Origin: Candidatus Latescibacterota bacterium
GTDB taxonomy: Bacteria > Latescibacterota > UBA2968 > UBA8231
Assembly: GCA_965204725.1 (NCBI GenBank)
Contig: OZ242005.1
Span: 1,696,001 to 1,760,000 of the forward strand
Length of the DNA: 64,000 bases
Direction of reading: 5' to 3'
How positions within the stretch are numbered: the first letter of the stretch is position 1; each line of letters opens with the position of its first letter. Below, piece by piece: positions 28,199 to 39,035 of the stretch. Both the position numbers and the translations under genes were made by a program. The notes under the pieces were generated by a model, which saw only the letters and a list, made by a program, of their open reading frames with translations, made no database searches and was not told the origin of the DNA.

Positions 28199-28333
28199 TA
28201 CTACCCGACACCAGCCTTCCGCCTGTCAAGGATCGAGGGCATCTTGCCCTCGTCGAGGGCGGGACGCCCTCGATCCCGGGTGCAACGGCAACACCAGAAA
28301 AGGCGGACGCAAAGCAAGTGTCGCGTACTTAGG
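28199..28333. repeat. ~134-nt structured repeat, copy 2 (REPIN/MITE-like)
   Basis: Same orientation as 16561-16694; identical core at 28227-28279. Confidence 0.9.
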
Positions 28334-28385
28334 GCTTTTAGTTCAAAATAAGGCGTAGGCATTAAAATTCAACTGCTTAGCGATT

Positions 28386-29360
28386 TCACAATACCTGTAA
28401 AAGCCCAGCCTCTTCTTCTGCCAAACGCTCTAGAACAACCAGCCGATACACCCGCCCGCGCTCGGGCATCTCCAAGTCGGCCAAGACTTCCAAAGGATAG
28501 TCCTCGGCTTCCAACGGGGCGATGAAGGAGGCGAAATCGGCGACTTGGACCACGGCGATTCCACCCGCTCGCAACACCCGCGCCAATTCGGCCAACTCCG
28601 CGGCGGGGTTTGCTCCGGCCAAGCTGAACGCGTAATCGAGACGCCCCCCGACAAGAGGAAGCTGATCCAACGCGGCACTTAGGTTCGCTCGGATGCCCAC
28701 CAGCAGGCGCGGTGCAAACGCTTCTCGCAACGCGGCCAACTCGCCCGGATCGCGGCGCGCCCAGAGGACACATGCCCCCGGCTGCATGGCGACCAAGCGG
28801 GCCAAGCAATACGCCACGGCCGCCTTCGGCGCAACGCCCGGTCCCAGCCGCAGCCCCAACAAAGCACGTCGCCCGGTCAGTTGTAAGTGAAACCGCAAAA
28901 GATGCGGCCCCTTGCCGCGGCGCAACCCGTGCTCGTCGCGCAAAACCGCCGCCACGGCCGCGATCAACTCGGCCGCGCTGAACCGATACCGGCCCTGCAG
29001 CGTCGCGCTCAGGGCAAAAGCACCGGGGTCAACCGGAGCAGATGTGGCCCGCGCAAGGCTTTTGACGGGCGTCAAATCGCAGCGCGCGATGCGTTTGCAG
29101 ATGTAGTCTAGGCCCGGAGGCCCCACCGTAACCCCGTGCATCTGGCTGATTAAACCGGCGCACTGCATGGCCGAGCGCAACTGGAGCAGCCGCTCGGGGC
29201 TGCGCTTGTACGTGAAGAAAATCCGGCCCACGCGCCCGCCCGGTTCGACCTCGACCTGTTGCACCTCGGGCGCGTACTCGCGCAAATCGTCGAGTGCGAC
29301 CGCCTCCAACCCGCTCGGCACTGCGATCCAATAGCGATAGATCTTGTCGTGGGCGGCCAT
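28386..29360 (-). CDS. THUMP-like protein with a degenerate methyltransferase-like C-terminus
   Basis: N-terminal AVPSGLEAVALDDL and GRIFF resemble Trm14/THUMP MTases. C-terminal LPL..GRLDYAFS and LAELARVLRAGGIAVV resemble class I MTase strands. No SAM-binding glycine loop is evident. Confidence 0.55.
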   Translation of the reverse strand: MAAHDKIYRYWIAVPSGLEAVALDDLREYAPEVQQVEVEPGGRVGRIFFTYKRSPERLLQLRSAMQCAGLISQMHGVTVGPPGLDYICKRIARCDLTPVKSLARATSAPVDPGAFALSATLQGRYRFSAAELIAAVAAVLRDEHGLRRGKGPHLLRFHLQLTGRRALLGLRLGPGVAPKAAVAYCLARLVAMQPGACVLWARRDPGELAALREAFAPRLLVGIRANLSAALDQLPLVGGRLDYAFSLAGANPAAELAELARVLRAGGIAVVQVADFASFIAPLEAEDYPLEVLADLEMPERGRVYRLVVLERLAEEEAGLLQVL

Positions 29361-30658
29361 TATTCGGCGCGTCCCGTAGGTACAATCTGCATCGCGCTTA
29401 AATGCGACGACGACAGGCAACTCTCTAGCACTTCGAGAATATCGCCGACCCCAATCTGCTCGTGGACCTCAAAATAGACGCTGGGGGCCGCCTCACTCGC
29501 CGCGACCGAGCAGAGCAGATCGGCCACATCCTCGGCTTGCTCCCACGCCCGCAGCAGCAGGCCGTAGGCTTTGCGCTTGGCGCGGGCCAAATCCGCGGCC
29601 ACGACGCGCTCGTCAAGGCCGGCCAATGCGGCCCCTATTTCCTCGCGCAATCGCTCGCTTTGTTGGGTATATCCGCCCACCGCGCAAAAGCAGAACGTCG
29701 GCTCGGCATAGACCTCGGCCCCAAAGGCATCGCCATCGATTAGACCGTCTTCGTAGTGGGCGGCAAAAAAATCGCTCGCCGGTCCCAGGGCGATATCCAA
29801 GGCCAGCTCTAAGGCCAACTCCCGCAAGAGCAAATCGCGCCCTGACCGGCCCGCCTTGTCGTCGCCAAAAAATAGCAAGGTATAGGGCCGGCTAACCGGC
29901 AGCACTAGAGGCTCAAGCGGCTGCGGCGCCGGCAAAACCACCGGCCGCTCCACCCGGCCCCAGGCCGAGCGCGGCCGACCGTATTTTAGCAAGGCAGCCT
30001 CGACGACCGCGCAAGTGGCCTCGATGTCGAAATCCCCGCACAGGTACAGCCCCATATATTCGGGGCGATAAAAGACTTCGTGGCAACGGGTTAGCACGGC
30101 CGCGTCAATCTGCCCAAGGCTCGCCCGCGTACCGGCCATATCCCAAGCCAAGGGGCCATCCCCATACAGCCCCCCGAGGCCATGCAAAAACCCGATCCAC
30201 TCCGGGTCGTCGCAACTCGTCTGGAGTTCGCGCTCGATGATTTCGCGCTCCTGAGCGACGCTCGCTGGCTGGATGTACAACCCCAACGCAAGCTCAAAGA
30301 GCAAGTCTAGGTGAGCGGCAAAATGCTCAATGCACGTCAGAGAAAAAATGGTTGAAGTAAAACTGGTGCTGGCGTTTACGTCGCCGCCGAGGCGGTTGAT
30401 TTGCTCGGCGATGTCGCCGGAGGGTTTGGCAAAAAGGCAGTGTTCGAGAAAGTGCGCGGTTCCAGCAGGCGTGGTCTGGACTGGACCGGAGTCGCGGGCG
30501 CGCAAATGCAGATCGACCGAACCGTAGTCTATGGACAGCACGGCTGCTTTTTGCCGACTGCTCGGGCGCGGCACCGCCCATACATCGAGGCCGCCTAAGC
30601 AACGGCGGTACACGACTTCCCCCAACAGCGCATCCGCGCTCGCAGTCTCACGTCCCAT
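29360..30658 (-). CDS. M16 family zinc peptidase (YmfH/YfmH-like, active subunit)
   Basis: IDYGSVD, PAGTAHFLEHCLF (HxxEH), VNASTSF, EREIIERE, AGT..SL.QI. Confidence 0.9.
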   Translation of the reverse strand: MGRETASADALLGEVVYRRCLGGLDVWAVPRPSSRQKAAVLSIDYGSVDLHLRARDSGPVQTTPAGTAHFLEHCLFAKPSGDIAEQINRLGGDVNASTSFTSTIFSLTCIEHFAAHLDLLFELALGLYIQPASVAQEREIIERELQTSCDDPEWIGFLHGLGGLYGDGPLAWDMAGTRASLGQIDAAVLTRCHEVFYRPEYMGLYLCGDFDIEATCAVVEAALLKYGRPRSAWGRVERPVVLPAPQPLEPLVLPVSRPYTLLFFGDDKAGRSGRDLLLRELALELALDIALGPASDFFAAHYEDGLIDGDAFGAEVYAEPTFCFCAVGGYTQQSERLREEIGAALAGLDERVVAADLARAKRKAYGLLLRAWEQAEDVADLLCSVAASEAAPSVYFEVHEQIGVGDILEVLESCLSSSHLSAMQIVPTGRAE

Positions 30659-31913
30659 GCAGGAGAAAGGCCGTGTCGGCGGTGATGCCACCGGCCACGC
30701 GGGTTAGATCCTCAACGCCGACTTGCTCAATGCGCTGCCACAGCGCCTGCGGGGACTGGCTCCCCCCGATCAGCCCCTCCCGCAACTGATAGCGAAAAAA
30801 GTCCTCGCGGTCTTCGGCCAGCCCCAACAGCCACGCCCTTAGCAAGCACCGGGCGGCCTCAATTTCCCAGGGGTCAAAGGCCCCTGTCCGCAGCGCTTGG
30901 AGCTCCTGTTCCACCGCATCCCGGGCTTGGGGGTATGCGGCCGCTTCAATGCCCGCGGCCACAAAGAGCAGTCCGCTCAATGCCTCAATATGCGAGGCGA
31001 CGTAGTAGCACAACCCCTCTTCTTCGCGCAGGTGTTTGAACAGCCGCGATGGACCATCGCCCCCCAGCATCAGGTTTAGGAGCACCAAAGCCGGATAGTC
31101 GTCTGTGCCGTCCGCGCCATAGGCAACTTGAGTGCGATAGCCCAACACCATCTTTGCCTCTCGCACCGCTTGGCATTCAAAAATCTCGCGCTGCGGACCA
31201 GCCCTGCGCGACCGTTGCGCCCGGGGCTGGCTTGCAGTACGCTCCCAAGTAAAGAGCGACTCCACCAAGGGCCGAACCTGCTCCAAGCGCACAGCGCCGC
31301 TTACGAAGAGGTCTAGGCGGTCGGCCGCCGTCCGCTCGCGGTGAAAAGCCCACAGCTCGTCCGCCTGCACGGCCGCAAAGTCGGCCGGATTGCCCAACGG
31401 CGACAGGCCCATGGGTTCGCCCCGGCACATCTCCTCGCAGCACCGCCTTTGGGCGTAGCCTAGTTTGTCGTTGAAACCATCGGCGATTTGCCGCGCGAGG
31501 CGGTTTTTTTCTCGCGCTAGCGGCTCGTCCTGAAACCCGCTGCCATCGCACAGGATGTCGCGCAGGAAGGTCAGACCGCGTTCCAGTATCCCTTTCTCCC
31601 CAAGGAGGTTCTCGTCAATGACCTCTAAGCACAGGTGAATCAACTGATGCTCCCCTAAGCGATCGACTTGGACCGAGTAATGCGCTCCGTAGAGATCGTC
31701 GATAAAGCGGTTGAGGCTCTGGACATCGGGCAGCTTGTGCGTGCCCCGCGTCAGCAGCCGGCTGCTCAGGGCCACGAGCGAATGGCGCGGCGCGCCCAGC
31801 GGCGTGCTCAGACACACATCCACTCGAATCGTCTTGTACAACCCAATGCCGTGCCAGTGCAAATACACACCGTCCGCGAGTTGGACGCGGGTGAATTCAC
31901 CGGGGGTGTGCAT
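30648..31913 (-). CDS. M16 family peptidase, inactive subunit (YmfF/YfmF-like)
   Basis: YKTIRV, RGT..LP, DDLYGA, AKMVLGYR, LGGDGPSRLFKHLREEEGLCYYVAS; lacks HxxEH; tandem with the active subunit. Confidence 0.88.
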   Translation of the reverse strand: MHTPGEFTRVQLADGVYLHWHGIGLYKTIRVDVCLSTPLGAPRHSLVALSSRLLTRGTHKLPDVQSLNRFIDDLYGAHYSVQVDRLGEHQLIHLCLEVIDENLLGEKGILERGLTFLRDILCDGSGFQDEPLAREKNRLARQIADGFNDKLGYAQRRCCEEMCRGEPMGLSPLGNPADFAAVQADELWAFHRERTAADRLDLFVSGAVRLEQVRPLVESLFTWERTASQPRAQRSRRAGPQREIFECQAVREAKMVLGYRTQVAYGADGTDDYPALVLLNLMLGGDGPSRLFKHLREEEGLCYYVASHIEALSGLLFVAAGIEAAAYPQARDAVEQELQALRTGAFDPWEIEAARCLLRAWLLGLAEDREDFFRYQLREGLIGGSQSPQALWQRIEQVGVEDLTRVAGGITADTAFLLHGT

Positions 31914-31953
31914 TGACGCCCAGCGTCCTTCTTGGTTTAGTTTCCATTTCCGC

Positions 31954-32691
31954 ATGAATCCGCTCGACAACATCCGCGTCGTGCTCGTTGAGCCAGCGAC
32001 GCCCGGCAATATCGGCGCTACGGCCCGCGTGCTCAAAACCACCGGCCTAAGCCAGTTGGCCTTGGTCAATCCCGGAGCGTGGGACACGCCGGAAGCGCGC
32101 GCCTTTGCCCACGGCGCGGGCGATATTCTCGACGGCAGCCAAGTCTTTTCCAGCCTCGCCGCGGCCGTGGCCGATTGCCATATCGTCGTCGGTACGACCC
32201 ATCGGCAGGGCCGCTTCCGCACGGTTACTTCCGCGCCGCACGCCCTGATTGCCCAACTAGCCGCCCAAGCCCATCACCGCCGGGTCGCGCTCGTGTTTGG
32301 CCGCGAACGGGACGGCTTGTGGCATGAGGAACTCGCGCTCTGCCAGCAAGTGCTGAGGTTCCCCACGGCCGTGGCCTATCCCTCCCTCAACCTCTCCCAC
32401 GCCGTGCTCCTGTTCACCTATGACCTGTATCGAGCGGTGGGAGAAACGCCGCCAGCCCCCGCCGCGCCACTCGCTACGGCCGGCGAGCGCGAGCGCATGG
32501 TCGCTCAGATCGTACAAGCCCTTGCCGAGATAGAGTTTACCCCGTACAACAACGAGCCAGATCACTTTGGCCGAGTGCTGCGCCGCTTCTTCAACAAGGT
32601 CGAGTTGGAAGTGCGGGATGTGCGGGCAATTCAGACGATATGCGGCCAAATCCGCAAGTTCAGCCGCCGCTATCGCCGCCGGGCCGATTGA
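31954..32691 (+). CDS. trmJ: TrmJ/LasT family SPOUT tRNA methyltransferase
   Basis: [46 protein letters not shown]. Confidence 0.88.
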   Translation: MNPLDNIRVVLVEPATPGNIGATARVLKTTGLSQLALVNPGAWDTPEARAFAHGAGDILDGSQVFSSLAAAVADCHIVVGTTHRQGRFRTVTSAPHALIAQLAAQAHHRRVALVFGRERDGLWHEELALCQQVLRFPTAVAYPSLNLSHAVLLFTYDLYRAVGETPPAPAAPLATAGERERMVAQIVQALAEIEFTPYNNEPDHFGRVLRRFFNKVELEVRDVRAIQTICGQIRKFSRRYRRRAD

Positions 32692-33653
32692 TGGGCCACC
32701 TGCTCCAAGTCCGAGTCAACCATCTGCTGGACCATTTCCTCAAAGCCGACCTCGGGTTCCCAACCGAGTTTTTCCCGGGCCTTAGCCGCATCGCCCAACA
32801 GGGTATGGACCTCGGCGGGACGCAAAAAGCGCTCATCCACCACCACGTATTGCCGCCAGTCCAAGCCAGCATGCGCAAAGGCGACCTCGCAGAATTCGCC
32901 AATGGTGCGAGAGGTGCCCGTGGCGATGACGTAATCGTCGGGCTCGTCCTGCTGGAGCATCATCCACATGGCGCGGACAAAGTCGCTCGCATGGCCCCAA
33001 TCGCGGCGGGCATCGAGGTTGCCGAGGCGTAGCTGTTGGTCTAGCCCGCACTTAATGCGGGCCACGCCGTGCGTGATTTTGCGGGTGACGAATTCGCGCC
33101 CGCGGCGCGGTGACTCGTGATTGAATAGGATGCCCGTACAGGCAAACAGACCGTAGCTCTCGCGGTAGTTGATGGTGATCCAATGCGCGTAGAGCTTGGA
33201 CACTCCGTAGGGCGAGCGCGGATAAAAGGCCGTTTGCTCGTTCTGCGGCGTTTCTTGTGCCTTGCCGAATAGCTCGCTGGTGCTGGCTTGGTAAAAGCGA
33301 ATGTTCTCGTCGCAGGCGCGGATGGCTTCCAAAATCCGCGTCACCCCTAGGCCGGTTACTTCGCCGGTCAACATGGGCTGCTCCCAAGAGACGGGCACAA
33401 AGGACTGGGCCCCTAAGTTGTACACTTCCTGCGGCCGCGCGGCCTGCAACGCCGAAACCAGCGACTTCTGGTCCAGCAGATCGCCGGAGATGAGCTCGAT
33501 TTGGTCCTGCAAATGGCCGATCCGCTCGAAGTTGACGGTGCTGCTGCGGCGGACCAGCCCGAAAACCTCATAGCCCTTTTCTAGCAGCAATTCGGCCAAG
33601 TACGAACCGTCTTGCCCGGTAATGCCGGTAATTACGGCGCGTTTTTGGCTCAT
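32670..33653 (-). CDS. gmd: GDP-mannose 4,6-dehydratase
   Basis: [61 protein letters not shown]. Confidence 0.98.
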   Translation of the reverse strand: MSQKRAVITGITGQDGSYLAELLLEKGYEVFGLVRRSSTVNFERIGHLQDQIELISGDLLDQKSLVSALQAARPQEVYNLGAQSFVPVSWEQPMLTGEVTGLGVTRILEAIRACDENIRFYQASTSELFGKAQETPQNEQTAFYPRSPYGVSKLYAHWITINYRESYGLFACTGILFNHESPRRGREFVTRKITHGVARIKCGLDQQLRLGNLDARRDWGHASDFVRAMWMMLQQDEPDDYVIATGTSRTIGEFCEVAFAHAGLDWRQYVVVDERFLRPAEVHTLLGDAAKAREKLGWEPEVGFEEMVQQMVDSDLEQVAHQSARRR

Positions 33654-33654
33654 C

Positions 33655-36507
33655 TCACTCCCCTCGTACGTAAGTTTCTACCGGCGGACAGGAACAGATT
33701 AGGTGGCGATCGCCCTGCGCGTCGTTTAGACGCCCTACGGCCGGCCAGAACTTGCGCTCCAACAGCCAAGGTGCCGGCAACGCGGCAACGGTCCTAGAAT
33801 AGGGCCGGTCCCACTCGTCGGCCAGCACGACATCCACGGGGTGGGGCGCGTGGACGAGCGGGTTGTTGGCGCGGTCCATTTCCCCGGCCGCTACTTGCTG
33901 GATTTCGCCGCCAATGGCGATCATGGCCGCGCAAAATCGGTCCAACTCGGCCTTGGACTCGCTCTCGGTTGGTTCGACCATCAAAGTCCCGGCGACTGGA
34001 AAGGATACCGTGGGCGCGTGGAACCCGTAGTCCATCAATCGCTTGGCTACGTCTTCTACGCCAATGCCGTGCTCTCGCGCCCAGCGCAGGTCGAGGATGC
34101 ACTCGTGCGCTACGCGCCCGGCGCGCCCCTTGTAGAGCACGGGAAAGGAATCCGCGAGGCGGGTACTCAGGTAATTGGCATTGAGGATCGCCACCTGCGT
34201 CGCCTCGGCGAGGCCCGCACCGCCCATCAGCCGCAAGTAAGCCCAAGATATGAGCAGAATTGAGGCACTGCCCCAGGGCGCGGCCGCAATGGGGCCAATC
34301 GATTCAGCACCGCCGGTGGGGACGAGGGGGTGCGAAGGCAAAAACTCCACCAAGTGTTCGGCCACGGCAATGGGGCCCATCCCCGGGCCGCCCCCGCCGT
34401 GGGGGATGCAAAAGGTCTTGTGCAAATTCAAATGGCACACGTCAATGCCGATTTCTCCAGGTCGGCACCATCCCACCAAGGCATTCATGTTGGCACCGTC
34501 CATATAGACCTGACCGCCCGCTTGGTGGACCACCGCGCAGATCTCGCCGATGGCCTCTTCAAAGACCCCGTGGGTTGAGGGGTACGTCACCATGAGGGCT
34601 GCTAGCCGCTCGCGGTGGGCGACCGCCTGCGCCCGCAGGTCTGCCAAGTCGATGTTGCCCTCGGCGTCACAGGCCACGACGACCACGTCCAACCCGGCCA
34701 TGGCCGCGCTCGCTGGGTTCGTCCCATGGGCCGAGGCTGGAATGAGGCAAACGTTCCGCTGGGCCTCCCCGCGCATCCGGTGGTATTTACGCACGATGAG
34801 TAAGCCGGCGTATTCGCCCTGCGAACCGGCGTTGGGTTGCAGCGAAATGCCCTTGAGGCCGGTGATCGCGCGCAGCATGTCCTCCATTTCGGCGAAAACC
34901 GCCGCGTACCCCCGGGCTTGCTCGGCCGGCGCAAACGGATGCAGCCCAGCGAATTCTGGCCAAGTAATCGCCATCATTTCCGCGGTCGCATTGAGCTTCA
35001 TGGTACACGAGCCGAGGGGAATCATCGCGTGGGCTAAGGACAAGTCCTTCGCTTCGAGCCGGCGCATGTAGCGCATCATTTCGGTCTCGGAGTGATGCGA
35101 CGCAAAAATGGGATGCTCCATGAAGCGCGAGCGGCGCGCGTGGACCGGCCCCCAAGCAGGCTCTGCATTGACTTCGGCGGGGAGCTGGCCGTCTAGCAAG
35201 GCGAGGATGGCTTGCAAATCGGCCTGATGGGTTGTTTCGTCGAGGGCCATGCCCCAGTGCCCGTCCCCCAGATCGCGGAAGTTCATCCCCGCAGCCCGCG
35301 CTCGCGCCAACAACTCGTCTGCCCGCGCTCCCACGTCAACGCGCAGGGTGTCGAAGTACTGGTCGTGGACGATTCGGTAGCCGGCTTCTTCTAGCCCGCG
35401 GGCGAGCACCCGCGCTTGGCGATGGATGCGACCGGCCATGCGCCGCAACCCGTCCGGCCCGTGATAGACCGCGTACATGCTCGCCACCACGGCGGGCAAG
35501 ACCTCGGCCGTGCAGATGTTGCTCGTGGCCCGTTCTCGTCTGATGTGCTGTTCGCGGGTTTGCAAGGCCATCCGCAGGGCGGGCTGCCCGCGGACGTCCT
35601 TTGAAACGCCAATGATGCGCCCGGGCACCTGCCGCTGGAACTCGGGTCGCGTCGCCAAAAAGGCGGCGTGCGGACCCCCGTATCCCATGGGCATGCCAAA
35701 GCGCTGCGCGCTGCCGATGGCCGCATCGGCCCCAAATTCCCCGGGGGGCCGCAGCAAACACAGGGCGAGCAAATCAACCGCCACGCACACGAGGGTCTGC
35801 TGGGCGTGCGCCCGAGCGCAGAACTCGGCGTAGTCGTATAGAGCACCATCGGAGGCCGGGTATTGGAGCAAGGCGGCAAAGGCCCCGGCCGCAAAATCCC
35901 ACTCGCGATGATCGCCGACTACAACCTCCCACCCCCGCGACTCGGCCCGGACCTCAACCACCGCTATGGTTTGCGGATGGCAGGCCGACGACACAAAGAC
36001 GCGCTGGCTCGCGTTGTTCTTTTGCACGGCCCGCAACATGGACAGAGCTTCGGCCGCGGCCGTGGCTTCGTCCAACAAGGAGGCATTGGCCAAGGCAAAA
36101 CCCGTTAGGTCGCCGACCATGGTCTGGAAGTTGAGCAGGGCTTCGAGCCGACCTTGGGCGATTTCGGACTGATAGGGCGTGTACTGGGTGTACCAGCCTG
36201 GGTTTTCCAAGATGTTGCGCTGAATCACCGGCGGGGTTATGCAGTCTGAGTAGCCCAAGCCGATAAAGCTGCGGGCTAGGCGATTCTGGCCGGCCAATGC
36301 GCGCAACCGCCCCAGCAGCTCGTACTCGCTGATGCCTTCTCCTAGCCCTAGGGGGCCTTGCATCCGAATCGCCGCCGGTAGGGCCTCGTCCATGAGGTCG
36401 TCCAAACTGGTGGACCCCACGGCCTTGAGCATGGCGGCTACGTCTGCGGCCGTAGGGCCGATGTGCCGGCGGACAAAAGCATCCCTAGGTTCAAGTTCGT
36501 CGCTCAT
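33655..36507 (-). CDS. gcvP: Glycine dehydrogenase (decarboxylating), P protein
   Basis: [65 protein letters not shown]. Confidence 0.99.
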   Translation of the reverse strand: MSDELEPRDAFVRRHIGPTAADVAAMLKAVGSTSLDDLMDEALPAAIRMQGPLGLGEGISEYELLGRLRALAGQNRLARSFIGLGYSDCITPPVIQRNILENPGWYTQYTPYQSEIAQGRLEALLNFQTMVGDLTGFALANASLLDEATAAAEALSMLRAVQKNNASQRVFVSSACHPQTIAVVEVRAESRGWEVVVGDHREWDFAAGAFAALLQYPASDGALYDYAEFCARAHAQQTLVCVAVDLLALCLLRPPGEFGADAAIGSAQRFGMPMGYGGPHAAFLATRPEFQRQVPGRIIGVSKDVRGQPALRMALQTREQHIRRERATSNICTAEVLPAVVASMYAVYHGPDGLRRMAGRIHRQARVLARGLEEAGYRIVHDQYFDTLRVDVGARADELLARARAAGMNFRDLGDGHWGMALDETTHQADLQAILALLDGQLPAEVNAEPAWGPVHARRSRFMEHPIFASHHSETEMMRYMRRLEAKDLSLAHAMIPLGSCTMKLNATAEMMAITWPEFAGLHPFAPAEQARGYAAVFAEMEDMLRAITGLKGISLQPNAGSQGEYAGLLIVRKYHRMRGEAQRNVCLIPASAHGTNPASAAMAGLDVVVVACDAEGNIDLADLRAQAVAHRERLAALMVTYPSTHGVFEEAIGEICAVVHQAGGQVYMDGANMNALVGWCRPGEIGIDVCHLNLHKTFCIPHGGGGPGMGPIAVAEHLVEFLPSHPLVPTGGAESIGPIAAAPWGSASILLISWAYLRLMGGAGLAEATQVAILNANYLSTRLADSFPVLYKGRAGRVAHECILDLRWAREHGIGVEDVAKRLMDYGFHAPTVSFPVAGTLMVEPTESESKAELDRFCAAMIAIGGEIQQVAAGEMDRANNPLVHAPHPVDVVLADEWDRPYSRTVAALPAPWLLERKFWPAVGRLNDAQGDRHLICSCPPVETYVRGE

Positions 36508-36509
36508 GC

Positions 36510-37619
36510 TCAGTCCTTTTTAAGGCCCGCAGGCACAAAGGGCCGCTTGACCACCACGGCGGCTTGCTGCTTGCCCTTCATGCCGATGTACACGCGGGTT
36601 CCTATTTTTTGGGCTCCGCGCTGTAGGTAGGCCAGTCCGATGCCCTGTTTGAGCACCGGCGAGTGCGTCCCGCTGGTCACGGTCCCCACCGGCTCCCCGC
36701 GCTGGTCGAAAACCGGATAATCCGGCCGGGGAATGCCCCTTTCCAGCAGGCGGAAGCCGCGCAGGCGGCGATAGCCTCCAGCCGTGCGCAGCACCCGCAG
36801 GGCCTCGGCCCCGACAAAATTCGCCTCTTTTTCGAGGTCTAGTGCCCAAGCCAAACCCGCTTCTAAGGGGGTCGTCTGTTCGTTCAACTCGCGGCCATAC
36901 AGGCAAAACCCCATCTCGAGGCGCAAGGTGTCGCGGGCGCCGAGTCCACAAGGCCGGGCACCGGCCGCACGGAGCTCGGCCCACAGCGCGGCGACTTGGT
37001 CGGCCGGGCATATAATCTCAAACCCGTCTTCTCCTGTGTAGCCATTGCGGCTGAGCACCCCGCGGATCCCGGCGATCTCCATCTCCGCGCAGCGATAGTA
37101 CCCCAGTGCCACGCTCGTCGGTCCAGCGAGTGCTTCAACTAAGGCGGCGGCCTGTGGCCCCTGTACCGCGACCATGCCCTGTTCATCGCTCAAGTCCTCA
37201 ATTTGCACATCCGACCAACCCGCTGCCCGCGCGGTAATCCACTGCCAGTCCGCCGCCTTCCGGCTCGCGTTGACCACCAAGCGGTACTCCTGCTGGGCGA
37301 GCCGATAGACCACCAGATCATCTACGCATCCGCCCTGTTCATTGCACAGGGGCGCGTAGAGCATCTGGCCGATGGTCAATTCGCGGACCCGCGCTGGTAA
37401 GAGGCGGTCGAGAAAGGCTAAAGCGCGCGCCCCGGAAACGGCTATTCGACCCATGTGCGATATGTCGAACAGGCCGACCGCTCGCCGCACCGCCCAATGT
37501 TCGCTGCGGATGCCCTCGAACTGAACCGGCATTTCCCACCCGCCAAAGGGCACCATGCGCCCGCCTTCGGCCACGGCCACCTCATAGAGCGGCGTCCGCC
37601 GCAAGCGTTCATTCGTCAT
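36510..37619 (-). CDS. gcvT: Glycine cleavage aminomethyltransferase T
   Basis: [56 protein letters not shown]. Confidence 0.98.
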   Translation of the reverse strand: MTNERLRRTPLYEVAVAEGGRMVPFGGWEMPVQFEGIRSEHWAVRRAVGLFDISHMGRIAVSGARALAFLDRLLPARVRELTIGQMLYAPLCNEQGGCVDDLVVYRLAQQEYRLVVNASRKAADWQWITARAAGWSDVQIEDLSDEQGMVAVQGPQAAALVEALAGPTSVALGYYRCAEMEIAGIRGVLSRNGYTGEDGFEIICPADQVAALWAELRAAGARPCGLGARDTLRLEMGFCLYGRELNEQTTPLEAGLAWALDLEKEANFVGAEALRVLRTAGGYRRLRGFRLLERGIPRPDYPVFDQRGEPVGTVTSGTHSPVLKQGIGLAYLQRGAQKIGTRVYIGMKGKQQAAVVVKRPFVPAGLKKD

Positions 37620-38208
37620 GGCGGTTCAACTCGGCCCACAGGGCTTCGGCTTGCTCGGCGAGCGCGGCCAAGCCCTTGTTGTTGTCGATGACAAAGTCGG
37701 CGCGGGCCTTTTTTTGGCGCGGATCCATCTGGCGGGCCATCCGCTGCCGAACCTCGCACACCGGCAAGCCGCTGCGCTTTTGCACCCTCAACACGCATCG
37801 TTCCTCCTCAGCATCAACGACCGCAATTCGGTCAAAGTTCCCCTCGTTTCCCCACTCGTATATCAGCGGCGCGTCAAATGCCACGATCCCCCCAGCGGCT
37901 TCCGCCACGGCCTGCGCCAGCCGGCACTGGATGGCCGCTTCGAGTGGCGGCCGCATAATCGCCTCTAACCGCTGGCTCGCCTCGGCCGATCGCAGGGCGC
38001 GACGCCCCAACTCTCGGCGATTCAAGCACCCGTCTGGCCCGAGTATATCGCGGCCGAACGCCGCTTGCAGGTTTTCTAGTACCGCTGGAATGGTCGCCAC
38101 TTCGCGCGCTACCTCGTCGGCATCGACCCGCAGGGCACCCAACTCGGCGAGCATCTGTGCCAGTGCGGACTTGCCCGCGCCCATGCCGCCGGTAATGCCT
38201 ACGAGCAT
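37609..38208 (-). CDS. coaE: Dephospho-CoA kinase
   Basis: VGITGGMGAGKS, DAD.VAREV, LNRRELG, DAPLIYE, ADFVIDN. The start may be up to 27 nt further upstream. Confidence 0.95.
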   Translation of the reverse strand: MLVGITGGMGAGKSALAQMLAELGALRVDADEVAREVATIPAVLENLQAAFGRDILGPDGCLNRRELGRRALRSAEASQRLEAIMRPPLEAAIQCRLAQAVAEAAGGIVAFDAPLIYEWGNEGNFDRIAVVDAEEERCVLRVQKRSGLPVCEVRQRMARQMDPRQKKARADFVIDNNKGLAALAEQAEALWAELNRHDE

Positions 38209-38309
38209 CCGCACTCGGGGGCCGGGGTTGAGCAACAGAACTTGAAGAATCGCACCACTATGCCTAGCAATGAATTGAGGAAGGACCTTCGGTCGCTGGA
38301 ACGGGGCAA

Positions 38310-38338
38310 AATGTACCGTGCCGCCCCTGCGCGGTCAA
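38310..38338 (-). promoter_or_regulatory. Sigma70 promoter for coaE-gcvT-gcvP-gmd
   Basis: TTGACC-17 nt-TACATT. Confidence 0.65.
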
Positions 38339-38357
38339 CCGATCGGAGCGCTGCCCA

Positions 38358-38386
38358 TTGACACTATATGGAGCATCGCCTATAGT
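38358..38386 (+). promoter_or_regulatory. Sigma70 promoter for clpP
   Basis: TTGACA-17 nt-TATAGT, divergent from the coaE promoter. Confidence 0.75.
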
Positions 38387-38429
38387 CCATTAACTAGCGA
38401 GTAGCCCCCTTCTAACGACAGAATAGCAG

Positions 38430-39035
38430 ATGGCCATCGTACCCGTAGTAATCGAACAGACCGGCCGCGGCGAGCGCGCCTACGACATCTTCTCCCGCCT
38501 CCTCAAGGAGCGGATCATCTTCATCAGCACCCCGATTGACGACCGCGAAGCCAACCTCGTCATCGCCCAGTTGCTCTTTCTAATCTCGGAAGATCCCAAC
38601 AAAGACATTTCGCTCTACATCAACAGCCCCGGCGGCAGCCTCACGGCTGGCTTGGCCATCTACGACACCATGCAGTACGTTCCCTGCGACGTAGCGACGC
38701 TGTGCATCGGCCAAGCGTACAGCATGAGCGCGATCCTCCTCGCGGGCGGGACCAAAGGCAAGCGCCACGCCCTAGCTCATTCTCGGCTCATGCTGCACCA
38801 GCCTTGGGGAGGGGTCCGCGGCCAAGCGGCCGATATTGAAATCCACGCCCGCGAAATCGTCGAGTGGCGCGCCCGGCTCAACCAGATCTTAGTCCAAGAT
38901 ACCGGCCAGCCGCTCGAGCGCATCGAGTTGGTCACCGAGCGCAATTACTTTCTTTCGCCGGCCGAGGCCATCGACTTCGGCCTAATCGACGGCCTGCTGA
39001 CATCCGAACAAGAGCTGGCCGCCCTCGCCGGCTAA
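38430..39035 (+). CDS. clpP: ATP-dependent Clp protease proteolytic subunit
   Basis: [41 protein letters not shown] (catalytic Ser), MLHQP. Confidence 0.98.
   Translation: MAIVPVVIEQTGRGERAYDIFSRLLKERIIFISTPIDDREANLVIAQLLFLISEDPNKDISLYINSPGGSLTAGLAIYDTMQYVPCDVATLCIGQAYSMSAILLAGGTKGKRHALAHSRLMLHQPWGGVRGQAADIEIHAREIVEWRARLNQILVQDTGQPLERIELVTERNYFLSPAEAIDFGLIDGLLTSEQELAALAG

Noticed and set aside
16561-28333. Composite transposon or genomic island bounded by the two direct repeats
   Set aside because: The enclosed 11.5 kb includes housekeeping genes (hemL, murQ, HU). No transposase or target-site duplication is visible, so dispersed repeats are the simpler reading.
30648-32691. Long head-to-head overlap of the YmfF-like gene and trmJ implied by the ORF track
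   Set aside because: Homology begins at ATG 31913 and ATG 31954, so the genes are divergent with a 40-nt gap and do not overlap.
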